Below are positions 17,290-26,713 of a stretch of DNA of 64,000 nucleotides, piece after piece. Both the position numbers and the translations under genes were made by a program. The stretch covers positions 251,042-315,041 of the forward strand of contig CAYJKP010000001.1 of the NCBI GenBank assembly GCA_964371245.1, given 5' to 3'. Origin of the DNA: an uncultured Gammaproteobacteria bacterium (GTDB lineage Bacteria; Patescibacteriota; Patescibacteriia; JAHIZJ01). Within the stretch, counting starts at the first letter, position 1; each line of letters starts with the position of its first letter. The notes under the pieces were generated by a model that ran no database searches, was not told the origin of the DNA, and saw nothing but the letters and a program-made list of their open reading frames with translations.

Positions 17290-18410
17290 ATTTTATCAAC
17301 TAATGACAGAACCGCGTTTTTAAACGTTCCGCTGATTTTATTGATATCATGATTGGCACAGACGTATTTGTACATATTGATGCTTTTTTGCTCCCAGTCC
17401 GCTCGATCGGTCAATAGTTTTCCTAGTCGCTCGGTCAGGGCGGTCTCTTCGCCGGCGCAGGCGTATCCGCAATTATATTTTACAATGAAGTTGTCCGGGT
17501 CAACTTTCCACGACACGATCGGGGTATGGCCGAGCCCGGCCTGGATAAAGGTATTCGGGTAACCCTCAGAATCGGAGGTATTTACGAACACGGTGGCGGC
17601 ATCGAAGTATTTTTGGATTTCGCTGAAGGGGATTTGATTAATAAACTTCAGGTTGGGCAACGACTGCGCTTCTTTTTTAATATTTTCCCATAATTTTTTT
17701 TCAGTATCAACAAGCGGCGCGATCATGACGAATTGATGTCGCGGGAAGGTTTTTACCAGCCCGAGGAATCGATCAGGATTTTTTTCTCGAATACAACGTC
17801 CCACCCAGAGGACATGGTTTTTTCCGGCCGGGGTAGCCGCGCCAGAAAGATAAAAGCCGTTTTTCAAAACCAAGGACCTGATAGAGAAATTATCGGCCAG
17901 TAGCCTCTGGTGCGTGACGTTTTGGGTGATCACTCCGTCAGCCCGCGTCAATCCATACCGGTAGATTTTGCCCAGCCAGCCATTGCCGGAAACAAATTCG
18001 CCAGTGACCTCTTTTTGATTGGCTGTCCGGTGGATGTGTTTTTTCCGAAACAATTTGCAAAAAAATGTGACGAGCCCGACCGTGCTGTTGGCTGATGACG
18101 TAACGTAGACATCGGCGTTTATCTTTCTGAAAAGGAGAAGGTATTTGAAGGCCTGACCGACTTTCGTGAGCGGGGAGTCACTGTTTTTTGGAGTTAGCGA
18201 ACGATAAATCGAGATGCCAAGTTTTTGCTCGCGACGCGGCTGGCCGAAGTCGCCGACCACAAACGAAACAGTAAATGCCTTGTCTGTGGCCAGCTCTTTG
18301 GCCAGAAAAAACAATTGTATTTCAGAGCCGCCATGTACGGTGGCAGAACCGCTGAAGAGCGGATAGGCATATGATTGAATAAAGCAAACGTGTGTTTTAG
18401 TCATTGACAT
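17286..18410 (-). CDS. Glycosyltransferase family 4
   Basis: HGGSEIQL, VLWVGR and VFVNTSDSEGYPNTFIQA. Confidence 0.9.
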   Translation of the reverse strand: MSMTKTHVCFIQSYAYPLFSGSATVHGGSEIQLFFLAKELATDKAFTVSFVVGDFGQPRREQKLGISIYRSLTPKNSDSPLTKVGQAFKYLLLFRKINADVYVTSSANSTVGLVTFFCKLFRKKHIHRTANQKEVTGEFVSGNGWLGKIYRYGLTRADGVITQNVTHQRLLADNFSIRSLVLKNGFYLSGAATPAGKNHVLWVGRCIREKNPDRFLGLVKTFPRHQFVMIAPLVDTEKKLWENIKKEAQSLPNLKFINQIPFSEIQKYFDAATVFVNTSDSEGYPNTFIQAGLGHTPIVSWKVDPDNFIVKYNCGYACAGEETALTERLGKLLTDRADWEQKSINMYKYVCANHDINKISGTFKNAVLSLVDKI

Positions 18411-19500
18411 GAAGCAAGGTTAATAGCCGCGTCACGACGTTGTTAATGTCATGGTTTTTTTTCGCGTAATGGTAGGCGTTGGCCGAGAGAGTAGAATACA
18501 GGGAATTATCTGAAAAGAGCTTTTGCAAATTATCATTCAGTTTCTTTGGGTCACCGTTGGCGACATAACCGCATTGGGAGGTGGTGATAAAGCTTTCCGG
18601 GTCAACATTTTTACTCAGTATCGGCGTCCAATTTTTAGCAGCCTGAACAAACGTCTGCGGAAAACCTTCATAGTCTGAGGTGTTAATCAAGACCCGGGCT
18701 TCTTGGTAGTATTGTTCAATCTCATTGAAACCGACAAATTCCAGCAGTCGCACGTTCGCAGTCTCTCGAGCGAGGGTTTTTATTTGTTCGTTGTACTCGT
18801 CGTCTCTGCCGGGCGGGCAAATCAGAATGAACTGGAAAGCAGGGTTGAGCCGGGCTAACTCGATAAATTCCTCTGCGTGTTTCATGGGATCGCGCCGGCC
18901 GACCCAAAGGACGGTATCATTTTTCGGCGGCTGGTCTGGACGAATGTCATAGCCACTGTATAGAATCTCGCTTGATAAACGGTATTTTGTCAACAAACGC
19001 TCTTGTTGGAATCGGTTTTGGGCAATGAGCAGATGGGCGTATTTCAACAGGCGAAAATACAGACACGGTTTATTGCTTCTTTGATATCGGCCGTCGCTTT
19101 CCACGTCGCTGGCTAACATATAGACGAATTTGATTTTCTTTATTTTACAATACAAAGCCAGTAGGCAGGAAAACGGGCTCAAGCCGCGCTGGAGGATAAT
19201 ATCCGGCTTAACCTTCGCTATTTTTTGATGGAAACGAACGAGTTTTTTTACCGCCGAGTCGTTTTTTGAAAATGTTCTTATCAGTCGAAAAACACGCTGG
19301 TCTGGGAAATCAATTGTTTCATAGTCAGCGATAAACGCATAAGCGCTGATGTTCGGATAATGCCATAATGCCCGTGTCAACAAATACAGCTGGACTGTAG
19401 CCCCGCCAAACGGTCTCTTTGAAGTGATATTGAAGATCGCCTCTGAGTCTTTGGGAAAGACAATAGCGATTTTTGTGATTGCGTTCTTGCGTGCGCTCAT
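18397..19500 (-). CDS. Glycosyltransferase family 4 (paralog of the adjacent gene)
   Basis: FGGATVQL, VLWVGR and LINTSDYEGFPQTFVQA. Confidence 0.9.
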   Translation of the reverse strand: MSARKNAITKIAIVFPKDSEAIFNITSKRPFGGATVQLYLLTRALWHYPNISAYAFIADYETIDFPDQRVFRLIRTFSKNDSAVKKLVRFHQKIAKVKPDIILQRGLSPFSCLLALYCKIKKIKFVYMLASDVESDGRYQRSNKPCLYFRLLKYAHLLIAQNRFQQERLLTKYRLSSEILYSGYDIRPDQPPKNDTVLWVGRRDPMKHAEEFIELARLNPAFQFILICPPGRDDEYNEQIKTLARETANVRLLEFVGFNEIEQYYQEARVLINTSDYEGFPQTFVQAAKNWTPILSKNVDPESFITTSQCGYVANGDPKKLNDNLQKLFSDNSLYSTLSANAYHYAKKNHDINNVVTRLLTLLHVND

Positions 19501-20639
19501 CGGACTTCTATTAAACGAAGATATTTTTTCATTATTGTGTCCCAGGTATATCTCTCAAGGAAGCGTTGGCGCGAGGTGTGTGAGAATTTATTGCGCAAAT
19601 TCTGGTCGGCCATAAGCAGGGATAATTTTTGCAGCACCTCGGAAGTATTTTCCGGATTAACGATCAGGCCAGTGTCCGTGGAGACGGTCTCTTTGATCGC
19701 TGCTTGATTTGAGGCCAGGATGGCGCAGCCAGTGCTCATCGCTTCCACCAGCACGATACCCTGGCTTTCCGTCTGCGATAACAACGCGAAAATTTTCGCT
19801 CGATTATACAGGTCATGCAAGCGGCCATCAGCTTTATCGAGCCAGCCGGTAAAAATGATGTTACCATGGTTTTCCGCTAAACCCTCAAGGGTTTTTCGGT
19901 ATGGTCCGTCGCCGACTAAATACAGTTTCCAATCGTTCCGGCCAGCATTGAGAAAAGCCGGGATTAAATATTGGAAGCCCTTCATTGGCTGCATCCGGCC
20001 GACCGAGAGGATGATATTTTCTTTTGCCAAGCCCGGTTTTATGAGCGAATGGGAACCATTCGGGATGACAATAATCTTATCGTTCGGCTGGCCCTGAAGG
20101 ACATTTTTTTCGATAAGCTTTTTTAACGAATCTGATGGTACGGTCACGGACCGTGATCGGCGTATGATTGCCTTAATTACTGGTGTGGTGAAACGGTGGA
20201 GTAGAGTAAATCGATCGGGATTATGCCCGGGCACATCGCTGCCGTGGCTGGTTACGATATAGGGCAGCTTTGCTAGCTTGGAAAACACGTAGGCGAGTAT
20301 GCCAGTCGGGACGAGAAAGTGGCAATGACAATAGGCATATGTATTTTTCTTTAATAAGGTGCGGATCGTAAAAAAAGCAGTGATAAGATAAATCAACTGT
20401 TCGGGGAACGTACTGAGTTCTTTTTTCTTCCGCCAGCTTTTGACGCGATGGATGGAGATGCCGTCCTTCTGTTCGAACGTCGGTAAACCGACATATCCCA
20501 TCGTAACGACGTCGACCCGATAGCCGGCGTCGACGTATCCTTTGGTTATCGCGTATGAGATGGGCGACGCACCGCCGCCGAGAGGCGGAAACTCGTAATT
20601 TAATACCAAAATGCTACGCCCGGACGGAAAATCAATCAT
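19497..20639 (-). CDS. Glycosyltransferase family 4
   Basis: LNYEFPPLGGGA, SHGSDVPG, SVGR...KG and ESQGIVLVEAM. Confidence 0.92.
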   Translation of the reverse strand: MIDFPSGRSILVLNYEFPPLGGGASPISYAITKGYVDAGYRVDVVTMGYVGLPTFEQKDGISIHRVKSWRKKKELSTFPEQLIYLITAFFTIRTLLKKNTYAYCHCHFLVPTGILAYVFSKLAKLPYIVTSHGSDVPGHNPDRFTLLHRFTTPVIKAIIRRSRSVTVPSDSLKKLIEKNVLQGQPNDKIIVIPNGSHSLIKPGLAKENIILSVGRMQPMKGFQYLIPAFLNAGRNDWKLYLVGDGPYRKTLEGLAENHGNIIFTGWLDKADGRLHDLYNRAKIFALLSQTESQGIVLVEAMSTGCAILASNQAAIKETVSTDTGLIVNPENTSEVLQKLSLLMADQNLRNKFSHTSRQRFLERYTWDTIMKKYLRLIEVR

Positions 20640-21595
20640 TATGAATTGTCGGTAATATCCCGGATCGTATAGACGCTGCGTTTGCTGTTGTAATATGTTT
20701 TGATGGCAATGTCGCCGAGGAGACCGGAAATAAACAATTGTATTCCGGCGAGGATTAAAAACACCGAGACGAGCGGCCAGATGCTGTTTTGGAGACTGAG
20801 GAGTTTAAATATCCGCATGATGGCCAAGTAGAGACCGAGGAGGAATCCCACTCCGCCCAGTAACACCCCAAAGCCGCCGAAGAGATGGAGTGGCCGACTG
20901 GAGTATTTCCGCCAGAACCAGACGCTGATCATGTCAACAAAACCTTTGACCATTCTCTTCCAGTTGTATTTTGTCTGGCCGGTGGTCCGTTGGCGGTGGT
21001 TTACGTCCAATTCAGCGATTTTAAAACCTTTCCAAGCAAGCATCGCTGGAATGAAACGGTGGATTTCGCCAAACAAATCGAGTTCGTCAAAACACTCACG
21101 CCGATAGACTTTCAACGTACAGCCGGAATCACGAATATGGTCGGCCACAAAAAATTTTCGCATGACATTGGCGCCGCGAGATACGAATTTTTTCGAAAAT
21201 GTGTCTTTACGGTTTTTCCGCCAGCCAGAAACGACATCATAACCTTCATCAAGTTTTTCGAGCAATCTGGGGATGTCAGCCGGGTCATTTTGACCGTCGC
21301 CATCCAGGGTAATAAAAATCTTCCCCTGGGCATGTTTGAAGCCGGCATCGAGCGCGGCGGTTTGGCCGAAGTTTTTCCGGAAGCGGATGATTTTGATAGG
21401 GGAGAGCGCTGACAGTCGTTCAAATGTTCGGTCCGTGCTCCCGTCATCAACAAAAATTACTTCATAGGGTTGACCGAGTCGATCCATAACAACTTTGATC
21501 TCGCGATAGAGCGGAACGACCGCGTCTTCTTCATTGTACGCCGGGATGATGACGGAATGTGCTACTGATAATTTATTTTCGGTTGTTGGATTCAT
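20639..21595 (-). CDS. GT2 polyprenol-phosphate glycosyltransferase (DPM1/ArnC/GtrB-like)
   Basis: IIPAYNEE, VDDGSTD, RKNFGQTAA, TLDGDGQNDP and HRFIP motifs; two C-terminal TM helices. Confidence 0.9.
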   Translation of the reverse strand: MNPTTENKLSVAHSVIIPAYNEEDAVVPLYREIKVVMDRLGQPYEVIFVDDGSTDRTFERLSALSPIKIIRFRKNFGQTAALDAGFKHAQGKIFITLDGDGQNDPADIPRLLEKLDEGYDVVSGWRKNRKDTFSKKFVSRGANVMRKFFVADHIRDSGCTLKVYRRECFDELDLFGEIHRFIPAMLAWKGFKIAELDVNHRQRTTGQTKYNWKRMVKGFVDMISVWFWRKYSSRPLHLFGGFGVLLGGVGFLLGLYLAIMRIFKLLSLQNSIWPLVSVFLILAGIQLFISGLLGDIAIKTYYNSKRSVYTIRDITDNS

Positions 21596-22502
21596 GGGCG
21601 TGTTCTTGATACCAAGCGATAGTTTTTTTCATGCCCTCGGCAAAGCTGGTTTTCGGCTGCCAATCGAGTAATTTCCGTGCCCTGGAATTATCAGCCAGCG
21701 TATCGTGCGGCTCAACGCGGGCGGGAATATGCGTCATTTCGCCGCCGACGATCTCAGCAACTTCATTGACGCTGTGATTGTCTCCGTTGCCGATATTTAT
21801 AACCTCGCCGTGGCCGACCTTTTTACTCGTCATGGCAAGGACATTGGCTTGTACGATATCGTCGATAAAAGTGAAGTCCCGCGTTTGGGTGCCGTCGCCC
21901 GTTATAGTCAACGGTTCATGATTTGCCTTCTGTCGGTTAAAGATGGCAATCACGGTTACATAGGCGCCTTCTGAGGCCATCCGCGGTCCATACACGTTGA
22001 AATATCTGAGTGACACCGTTTCAATATTCCAAAATAGATTTGCCAGTTTTGCATATTCCTCGCCGACGTACTTTTGAAGTCCGTACGGGCTTTTCGGATT
22101 CGGTTTCATTTCTTCCTGCAATGGAAGTGTGACAGGATCGCCGTAGGCCGAAGACGACGCTGAATACACCAACCGCTTTACGCCAGCGTCCCGTGCCGCC
22201 AACAGGACATTCAAGGTACCAGTGATATTTATATCATTCGTCTCCGTCGGATTCACGATCGAGACCTGGACGCGGGGAAGGGCAGCGAGATGAAAGACCC
22301 CATCGAATCCCGTAAACAAAGGCTTAATTTCTTCGAGCTGGCGGATATCCGCGTTGATAAATTCCGCCTTCGGATGGAGATTTTCTTTCTTGCCGGTCGA
22401 AAGGTTATCAATGATTCTGACGGGGTCGCCGCGTTCGATCAACGCTGCTACCACATGGGAACCGATAAATCCGGCGCCGCCCGTAACAAGGTACTTTGGC
22501 AT
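21573..22502 (-). CDS. NAD-dependent nucleotide-sugar epimerase (WbpP/TviC/GalE-like extended SDR)
   Basis: TGGAGFIG, SASSSAYG, YGLQK (YxxxK), LRYFNVYGP and GDGTQTRDF. Confidence 0.9.
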   Translation of the reverse strand: MPKYLVTGGAGFIGSHVVAALIERGDPVRIIDNLSTGKKENLHPKAEFINADIRQLEEIKPLFTGFDGVFHLAALPRVQVSIVNPTETNDINITGTLNVLLAARDAGVKRLVYSASSSAYGDPVTLPLQEEMKPNPKSPYGLQKYVGEEYAKLANLFWNIETVSLRYFNVYGPRMASEGAYVTVIAIFNRQKANHEPLTITGDGTQTRDFTFIDDIVQANVLAMTSKKVGHGEVINIGNGDNHSVNEVAEIVGGEMTHIPARVEPHDTLADNSRARKLLDWQPKTSFAEGMKKTIAWYQEHAHESNNRK

Positions 22503-22541
22503 TCGTAATAGTATCTAAAAATTAATCAGAAATACGCATCA

Positions 22542-22590
22542 ATTCTACCACATTTCATTTATTTGTAAAGTTGAAGGATTATTGTATAAT
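22542..22590. promoter_or_regulatory. Back-to-back divergent promoters with overlapping -35 regions
   Basis: Plus strand: TTGTAA(22563)-16-TATAAT(22585). Minus strand: TTTACA(22569-22564)-16-TAGAAT(22547-22542) with extended TG. Confidence 0.5.
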
Positions 22591-22622
22591 AGATACGCAA
22601 ACTACTCGTGCATTGAATAACT

Positions 22623-24098
22623 ATGAAACGTAGAACCGTTATTGTCGTCGGAAAAATACTTATCTTGCTTGCGCCAGTTTTTTTATTAGGCTGGGTGATT
22701 AATGTTAATGTCGCGCCGACGGGGCACGTACGGATCGTCCAAAACGTCGGTCAAGCGTCGCGGGGGGCGATTGAGCTGGAACCAGCGGCTCGCCTCAGCG
22801 ATATAGAAACGGGCAGCCGCCAGATCATTGATCAGCCCGTATATTTTTCTATGAAAATGCCACGTTCGTTCGAGACGGCAAAGGTGACGCTGGAATATCA
22901 AAATCAAATCCAGCCCCTGGTTGAACTCGGCGTTCACCGCACGGTCGGCACATATGACTATTTATTAAAGCCCTTCGATGTTGGTCTTTTACGAAGCGGT
23001 GAGTGGGAGTTTTTACACGACGATGCGCAGTCCTTGATGCTGGCCCAAAAGAAAACTGCATCAGGAAAAAAATATGCCAGTGTCCAAGATTTCACCGAAA
23101 ACATTCCCCGTGATTCGATAACGGCGGAGTATAATATTGATTATAAAAAAGACTACCGCCTGTCCGATTATCAAAAATCGGATGCGGAACTGAACATAAC
23201 GACGCCGCTTCAAGGCCGTCACATATTTTACACGTATATAAAAGATGAACCTCTAAATTTAAATATTGTCTATCAGGATATTAATAAAAACGTCGGTCCG
23301 GACCGTTTTCATTTGAATATCTATTATGGCGATACCCAACGCGTTCAAAATGTCGACCGTCCGGATGACGGTGAGGAGGGCGCTACCGGCAGCAGCTCGG
23401 CCGAGCAGGATGTGGCCGTAAATATTCCGAGCCTACCTGAAGGAATCTATCGATTAGAATTTGATATCAGCGATGATCTTATTATTAAGAAAATACATTC
23501 GACTCTGCATTATTTTGTTGTTGATCAGCGGATCAAAGTATTGGAAAATCAGAATAAAGAACCGATACGTTTGTTTTCCCGCGCCGACAAGTTTACTGTT
23601 TTACCTCTCTCTTCGGCCGGACATCAAAGTATAGCCATTGATTCACAAAACATATTACTGAACGATTTACAGATACCGGCGGTCAGCCAGATTACTGGCG
23701 GACAAAAAAATAATTTGCATACCATTATACTGCCTCAGGGGAACGCCATGCTCACGGCCAACGGCGCGTTTTCCTTTACGTCCGAGAGCTGCTTCTACCC
23801 AGCCAGTTTTTTGGTAAGCGTATCGGACGTGACTGATTTTTCAAGGCTCGATTATGTGTTAACCAAGGATTTTACTCCGCCGGTTATGGATGGTGATTGG
23901 TTAACCGGTAGTCAGACGTTCGATCTCCGGAAGGCATATATATCCGACCGAACGATTAAGTTTGAAATCTCAGCTCCAGGTCTGGCCCAACGCGGCGCCG
24001 TTCTGAATGTACGGAAAATTACGATCGATCTCTACCGCCAGCCCATGACGTGGACCACATTGTTGACCGATCTAAAAAACTACCTTAAGAAGATATAA
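22623..24098 (+). CDS. Hypothetical membrane-anchored extracellular protein
   Basis: 491-aa ORF with a basic then hydrophobic N-terminal anchor and a beta-rich-looking remainder; first gene of the rml operon. Confidence 0.75.
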   Translation: MKRRTVIVVGKILILLAPVFLLGWVINVNVAPTGHVRIVQNVGQASRGAIELEPAARLSDIETGSRQIIDQPVYFSMKMPRSFETAKVTLEYQNQIQPLVELGVHRTVGTYDYLLKPFDVGLLRSGEWEFLHDDAQSLMLAQKKTASGKKYASVQDFTENIPRDSITAEYNIDYKKDYRLSDYQKSDAELNITTPLQGRHIFYTYIKDEPLNLNIVYQDINKNVGPDRFHLNIYYGDTQRVQNVDRPDDGEEGATGSSSAEQDVAVNIPSLPEGIYRLEFDISDDLIIKKIHSTLHYFVVDQRIKVLENQNKEPIRLFSRADKFTVLPLSSAGHQSIAIDSQNILLNDLQIPAVSQITGGQKNNLHTIILPQGNAMLTANGAFSFTSESCFYPASFLVSVSDVTDFSRLDYVLTKDFTPPVMDGDWLTGSQTFDLRKAYISDRTIKFEISAPGLAQRGAVLNVRKITIDLYRQPMTWTTLLTDLKNYLKKI

Positions 24099-24102
24099 GA
24101 GC

Positions 24103-24468
24103 ATGACCGGATCTATCGTAAAACAGCTTCTCGATTTTGCCTTTAAAGTAAGCGTCGTAACGTATGGCCTCTTTTGGATGATTGAAATACTCGATCCGGG
24201 GCGGGTAAGCTCGTTTTTTAACCTGACGCTTTCTCTTACGGTGGTTGTCGGGCTGGGTCTGTTGACGCTTTTCTTCCCGCGCGATGATTTCTCGCCGGAC
24301 CAACCGATGAAAAGAAACAGCACTTTTCTAGTGATCGTGGCAGTCCTGGCAGCGGCCTTTGCGCTGATGCAAATAAAAAAGAATTATCTGGTTTTGCTTA
24401 TCGGCGCCAGTTTCGTTATTATGCTTGTAGCATATCTTTCAACCATAAGAAAGGAGAATAAAACATGA
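24103..24468 (+). CDS. Small hypothetical membrane protein (about 4 TM)
   Basis: Four hydrophobic segments; stop overlaps the rmlA start (ATGA). Confidence 0.7.
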   Translation: MTGSIVKQLLDFAFKVSVVTYGLFWMIEILDPGRVSSFFNLTLSLTVVVGLGLLTLFFPRDDFSPDQPMKRNSTFLVIVAVLAAAFALMQIKKNYLVLLIGASFVIMLVAYLSTIRKENKT

Positions 24469-25214
24469 AAGGAATTATCCTCGCTGGAGGCACGGGATCG
24501 CGTCTGGCTCCGCTGACGCGGGTGACCAACAAGCATTTACTGCCCGTATTTAATAGGCCGATGATTTATTACCCGATTGCCACGTTGAAAAATGCCGGCA
24601 TCACTGACATCCTCGTCGTGTCCGGCCGGGGTCACGTCGGACATTTGCTGGAGTTACTCGGTTCTGGCCGGAGATTCGGCGTAAAATTTTCCTATGAGGT
24701 GCAAGAAGAGCCAGGTGGTATTGCCCAGGCGCTTGGTTTGGCCGAAGGGTACGTCGACAATGACAAGGTCGTGGTGGTCTTGGGCGATAATATCATCGTT
24801 GATAATGTCGGTTCAGCGGTGAAAGATTTCGAAAAGCAGCCCAGCGGCGCGAAAATATTTCTGAAAGAGACGAAATACCCGCAATCGCTCGGCATTGCGG
24901 AAATTGATGGCGATCGTATTGTCAATATTGAAGAAAAGCCAAAAAAACCGAAATCGAACCTGGCTGTCATCGGCCTCTATATGTATGACAACAGCGTTTT
25001 CAAGGTTGTAAAAACGCTGAAGCCATCAAAGCGCGGCGAACTTGAAATCACCGATGTCAACAACCATTTCATCAAAGAAAGCGTGATGACCTACAGCATC
25101 CTTCAAGGGTGGTGGGGCGACGGCGGAGAATCGTTTGAAAGCTTGTTAGAGGCGGGACAGCTTGTTGCCAATACTATTAAAGAAACCGGCCATGATCCAT
25201 GGTGTACAGATTAA
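24465..25214 (+). CDS. rmlA: Glucose-1-phosphate thymidylyltransferase (short SpsI-like form)
   Basis: MKGIILAGGTGSRLAPLT..TNKHLLPV, LGDN, EEKP and RGELEITD; SD AAGGAG upstream. Confidence 0.92.
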   Translation: MKGIILAGGTGSRLAPLTRVTNKHLLPVFNRPMIYYPIATLKNAGITDILVVSGRGHVGHLLELLGSGRRFGVKFSYEVQEEPGGIAQALGLAEGYVDNDKVVVVLGDNIIVDNVGSAVKDFEKQPSGAKIFLKETKYPQSLGIAEIDGDRIVNIEEKPKKPKSNLAVIGLYMYDNSVFKVVKTLKPSKRGELEITDVNNHFIKESVMTYSILQGWWGDGGESFESLLEAGQLVANTIKETGHDPWCTD

Positions 25215-25680
25215 AACATTAACCGTTCATCAGGACATCCCTGATCGCGGGGAAGACGCCGATAAAGCCGGCTTCCTCATGGAGGTATTACGGGATGACG
25301 ACGGGCTTTTGAGCAAGTTCGGCCAAACGACGTTCACGGTGGCGAATACGGGCGTGATCAAGGCCTTCCATTTCCACGAGCGCCAGGAAGATCTCTGGTT
25401 TGTGGCGACCGGCAAAGCGATGATTGTTCTTCACGACCTGCGTTCCGATTCGCCGACGAAGGGCGAGACCCAGGTTGTCTTCGCCGGCCGTGACGATTAC
25501 AAGCTGGTCCGCATTCCGGTCGGCGTGGCTCATGGATATAAGGTGCTGAGCGCTGAGCCGGCGATGCTTTTTTACCATACGACTGAAGCATATGATCCGA
25601 GAAATCCGGATGAAAAACGCATACCGTATGATGACCCGAAGATCGGATTTGACTGGAATAATGAAATTAAAAATAAATAA
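25192..25680 (+). CDS. rmlC: dTDP-4-dehydrorhamnose 3,5-epimerase family protein
   Basis: MIHGV, GVIKAFHFH, DLR.DSPT, IPVGVAHGY and YDDPKIGFDW. Confidence 0.88.
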   Translation: MIHGVQIKTLTVHQDIPDRGEDADKAGFLMEVLRDDDGLLSKFGQTTFTVANTGVIKAFHFHERQEDLWFVATGKAMIVLHDLRSDSPTKGETQVVFAGRDDYKLVRIPVGVAHGYKVLSAEPAMLFYHTTEAYDPRNPDEKRIPYDDPKIGFDWNNEIKNK

Positions 25681-25739
25681 TTCAAAAATAAAAATGGAGG
25701 AGTCCACCGGGCGGACACATTAATTTTACATTTTGAATT
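25665..25739. repeat. Heptamer-periodic palindromic element, copy 1
   Basis: AATTAAA AATAAAT AATTCAA AAATAAA AATGGAG / GAGTCCACCGGGCGGACAC / ATTAATT TTACATT TTGAATT. Perfect inverted repeat AATTCAAAA...TTTTGAATT; homologous to 28804-28894. Confidence 0.85.
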
Positions 25740-25752
25740 TCACATCTCTTAT

Positions 25753-26697
25753 ATGAAAATTCTCGTTTCAGGTTCGCTCGCCTTTGACCGGATCATGGAT
25801 TTTCCGGGCCGGTTTAAGGATTATATTTTACCGGAAAAAATTCACGTTTTAAGCGTGAGCTTTTTAGTGAATACGTTACGCGAGAATTTCGGCGGCACAG
25901 CCGGTAACATCGCCTACAATCTGGCGCTCTTAAAAGAACAGCCGATTATTTTGGCAACGGCTGGCAAGGATTTCGCCCAGTATCGCGACTGGCTGAGAGA
26001 AAGAAGCGTCACTACTGACCAAATTGTTCTGAACGAAGATTTCACCGCTTCAGCGCATATTATTACCGATCTGGACAATAATCAGATTGCCGGCTTCCAT
26101 CCGGGCGCCATGAAGCAGGCCAGCCGGGCGGATGTTGAAAAAATAAAAAACGCGGAAGGGGAACTTTTTGCGATAATTTGCGCGGGCAATGTTGAGGACA
26201 TGATCTATTATGCCCGTGAATATCAACGGTTGAATATTCCATACATTTTCGATCCCGCCCAGCAAATTCCCGCCCTGAAGCCTGACCAACTGAAATTTGC
26301 CGTGACGGGCGCCCGGGTGTTTATTGGCAACGATTATGAAATCGACCTGGTTTTGAAAGTAACGGGCGCAACCAAGCACGACATCCTGAAAAAAACCGAG
26401 CTGATTGTGACGACGAAAGGGGAGCATGGCTCATTGATTGAAACCGCTGATTCGAGCTATACTATCCCTATTGCCAAGCCGCGTGAAATCAAGGATCCGA
26501 CCGGCGCCGGCGATGCCTACCGGGCGGGATTTATCAAAGGACTGCTCGGCCATTACTCGCTCGAACAAGCCGGACGGCTCGGTTCGGTGTCGGCGGTGTA
26601 TCCGATCGAATACTACGGCACCCAACAACATACCTACACGAGCCGGGAATTCAGCGAGCGGTATAAAGAAAATTTTCGAGAGGAAATCCGTTTATAA
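25753..26697 (+). CDS. adoK: PfkB-family kinase, probable adenosine kinase
   Basis: N-terminus SGSLAFDRIMDFPGRF...LSVSFLV...FGGTAGNIAYNL resembles the bacterial adenosine kinase subfamily; DPTGAGDAYRAG anion hole; clustered with ahcY. Confidence 0.8.
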   Translation: MKILVSGSLAFDRIMDFPGRFKDYILPEKIHVLSVSFLVNTLRENFGGTAGNIAYNLALLKEQPIILATAGKDFAQYRDWLRERSVTTDQIVLNEDFTASAHIITDLDNNQIAGFHPGAMKQASRADVEKIKNAEGELFAIICAGNVEDMIYYAREYQRLNIPYIFDPAQQIPALKPDQLKFAVTGARVFIGNDYEIDLVLKVTGATKHDILKKTELIVTTKGEHGSLIETADSSYTIPIAKPREIKDPTGAGDAYRAGFIKGLLGHYSLEQAGRLGSVSAVYPIEYYGTQQHTYTSREFSERYKENFREEIRL

Positions 26698-26713
26698 AAA
26701 TTATTAAACATCC

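Noticed and set aside
25696-25700. GGAGG as ribosome-binding site for adoK
   Set aside because: It is more than 50 nt from the ATG and is part of the repeat element (GTAGG in the other copy).
25665-25752. SAH or SAM riboswitch upstream of adoK-ahcY
   Set aside because: No resemblance to riboswitch consensus sequences I know, no expression platform, and a homologous copy lies downstream of ahcY. An Rfam scan would settle it.
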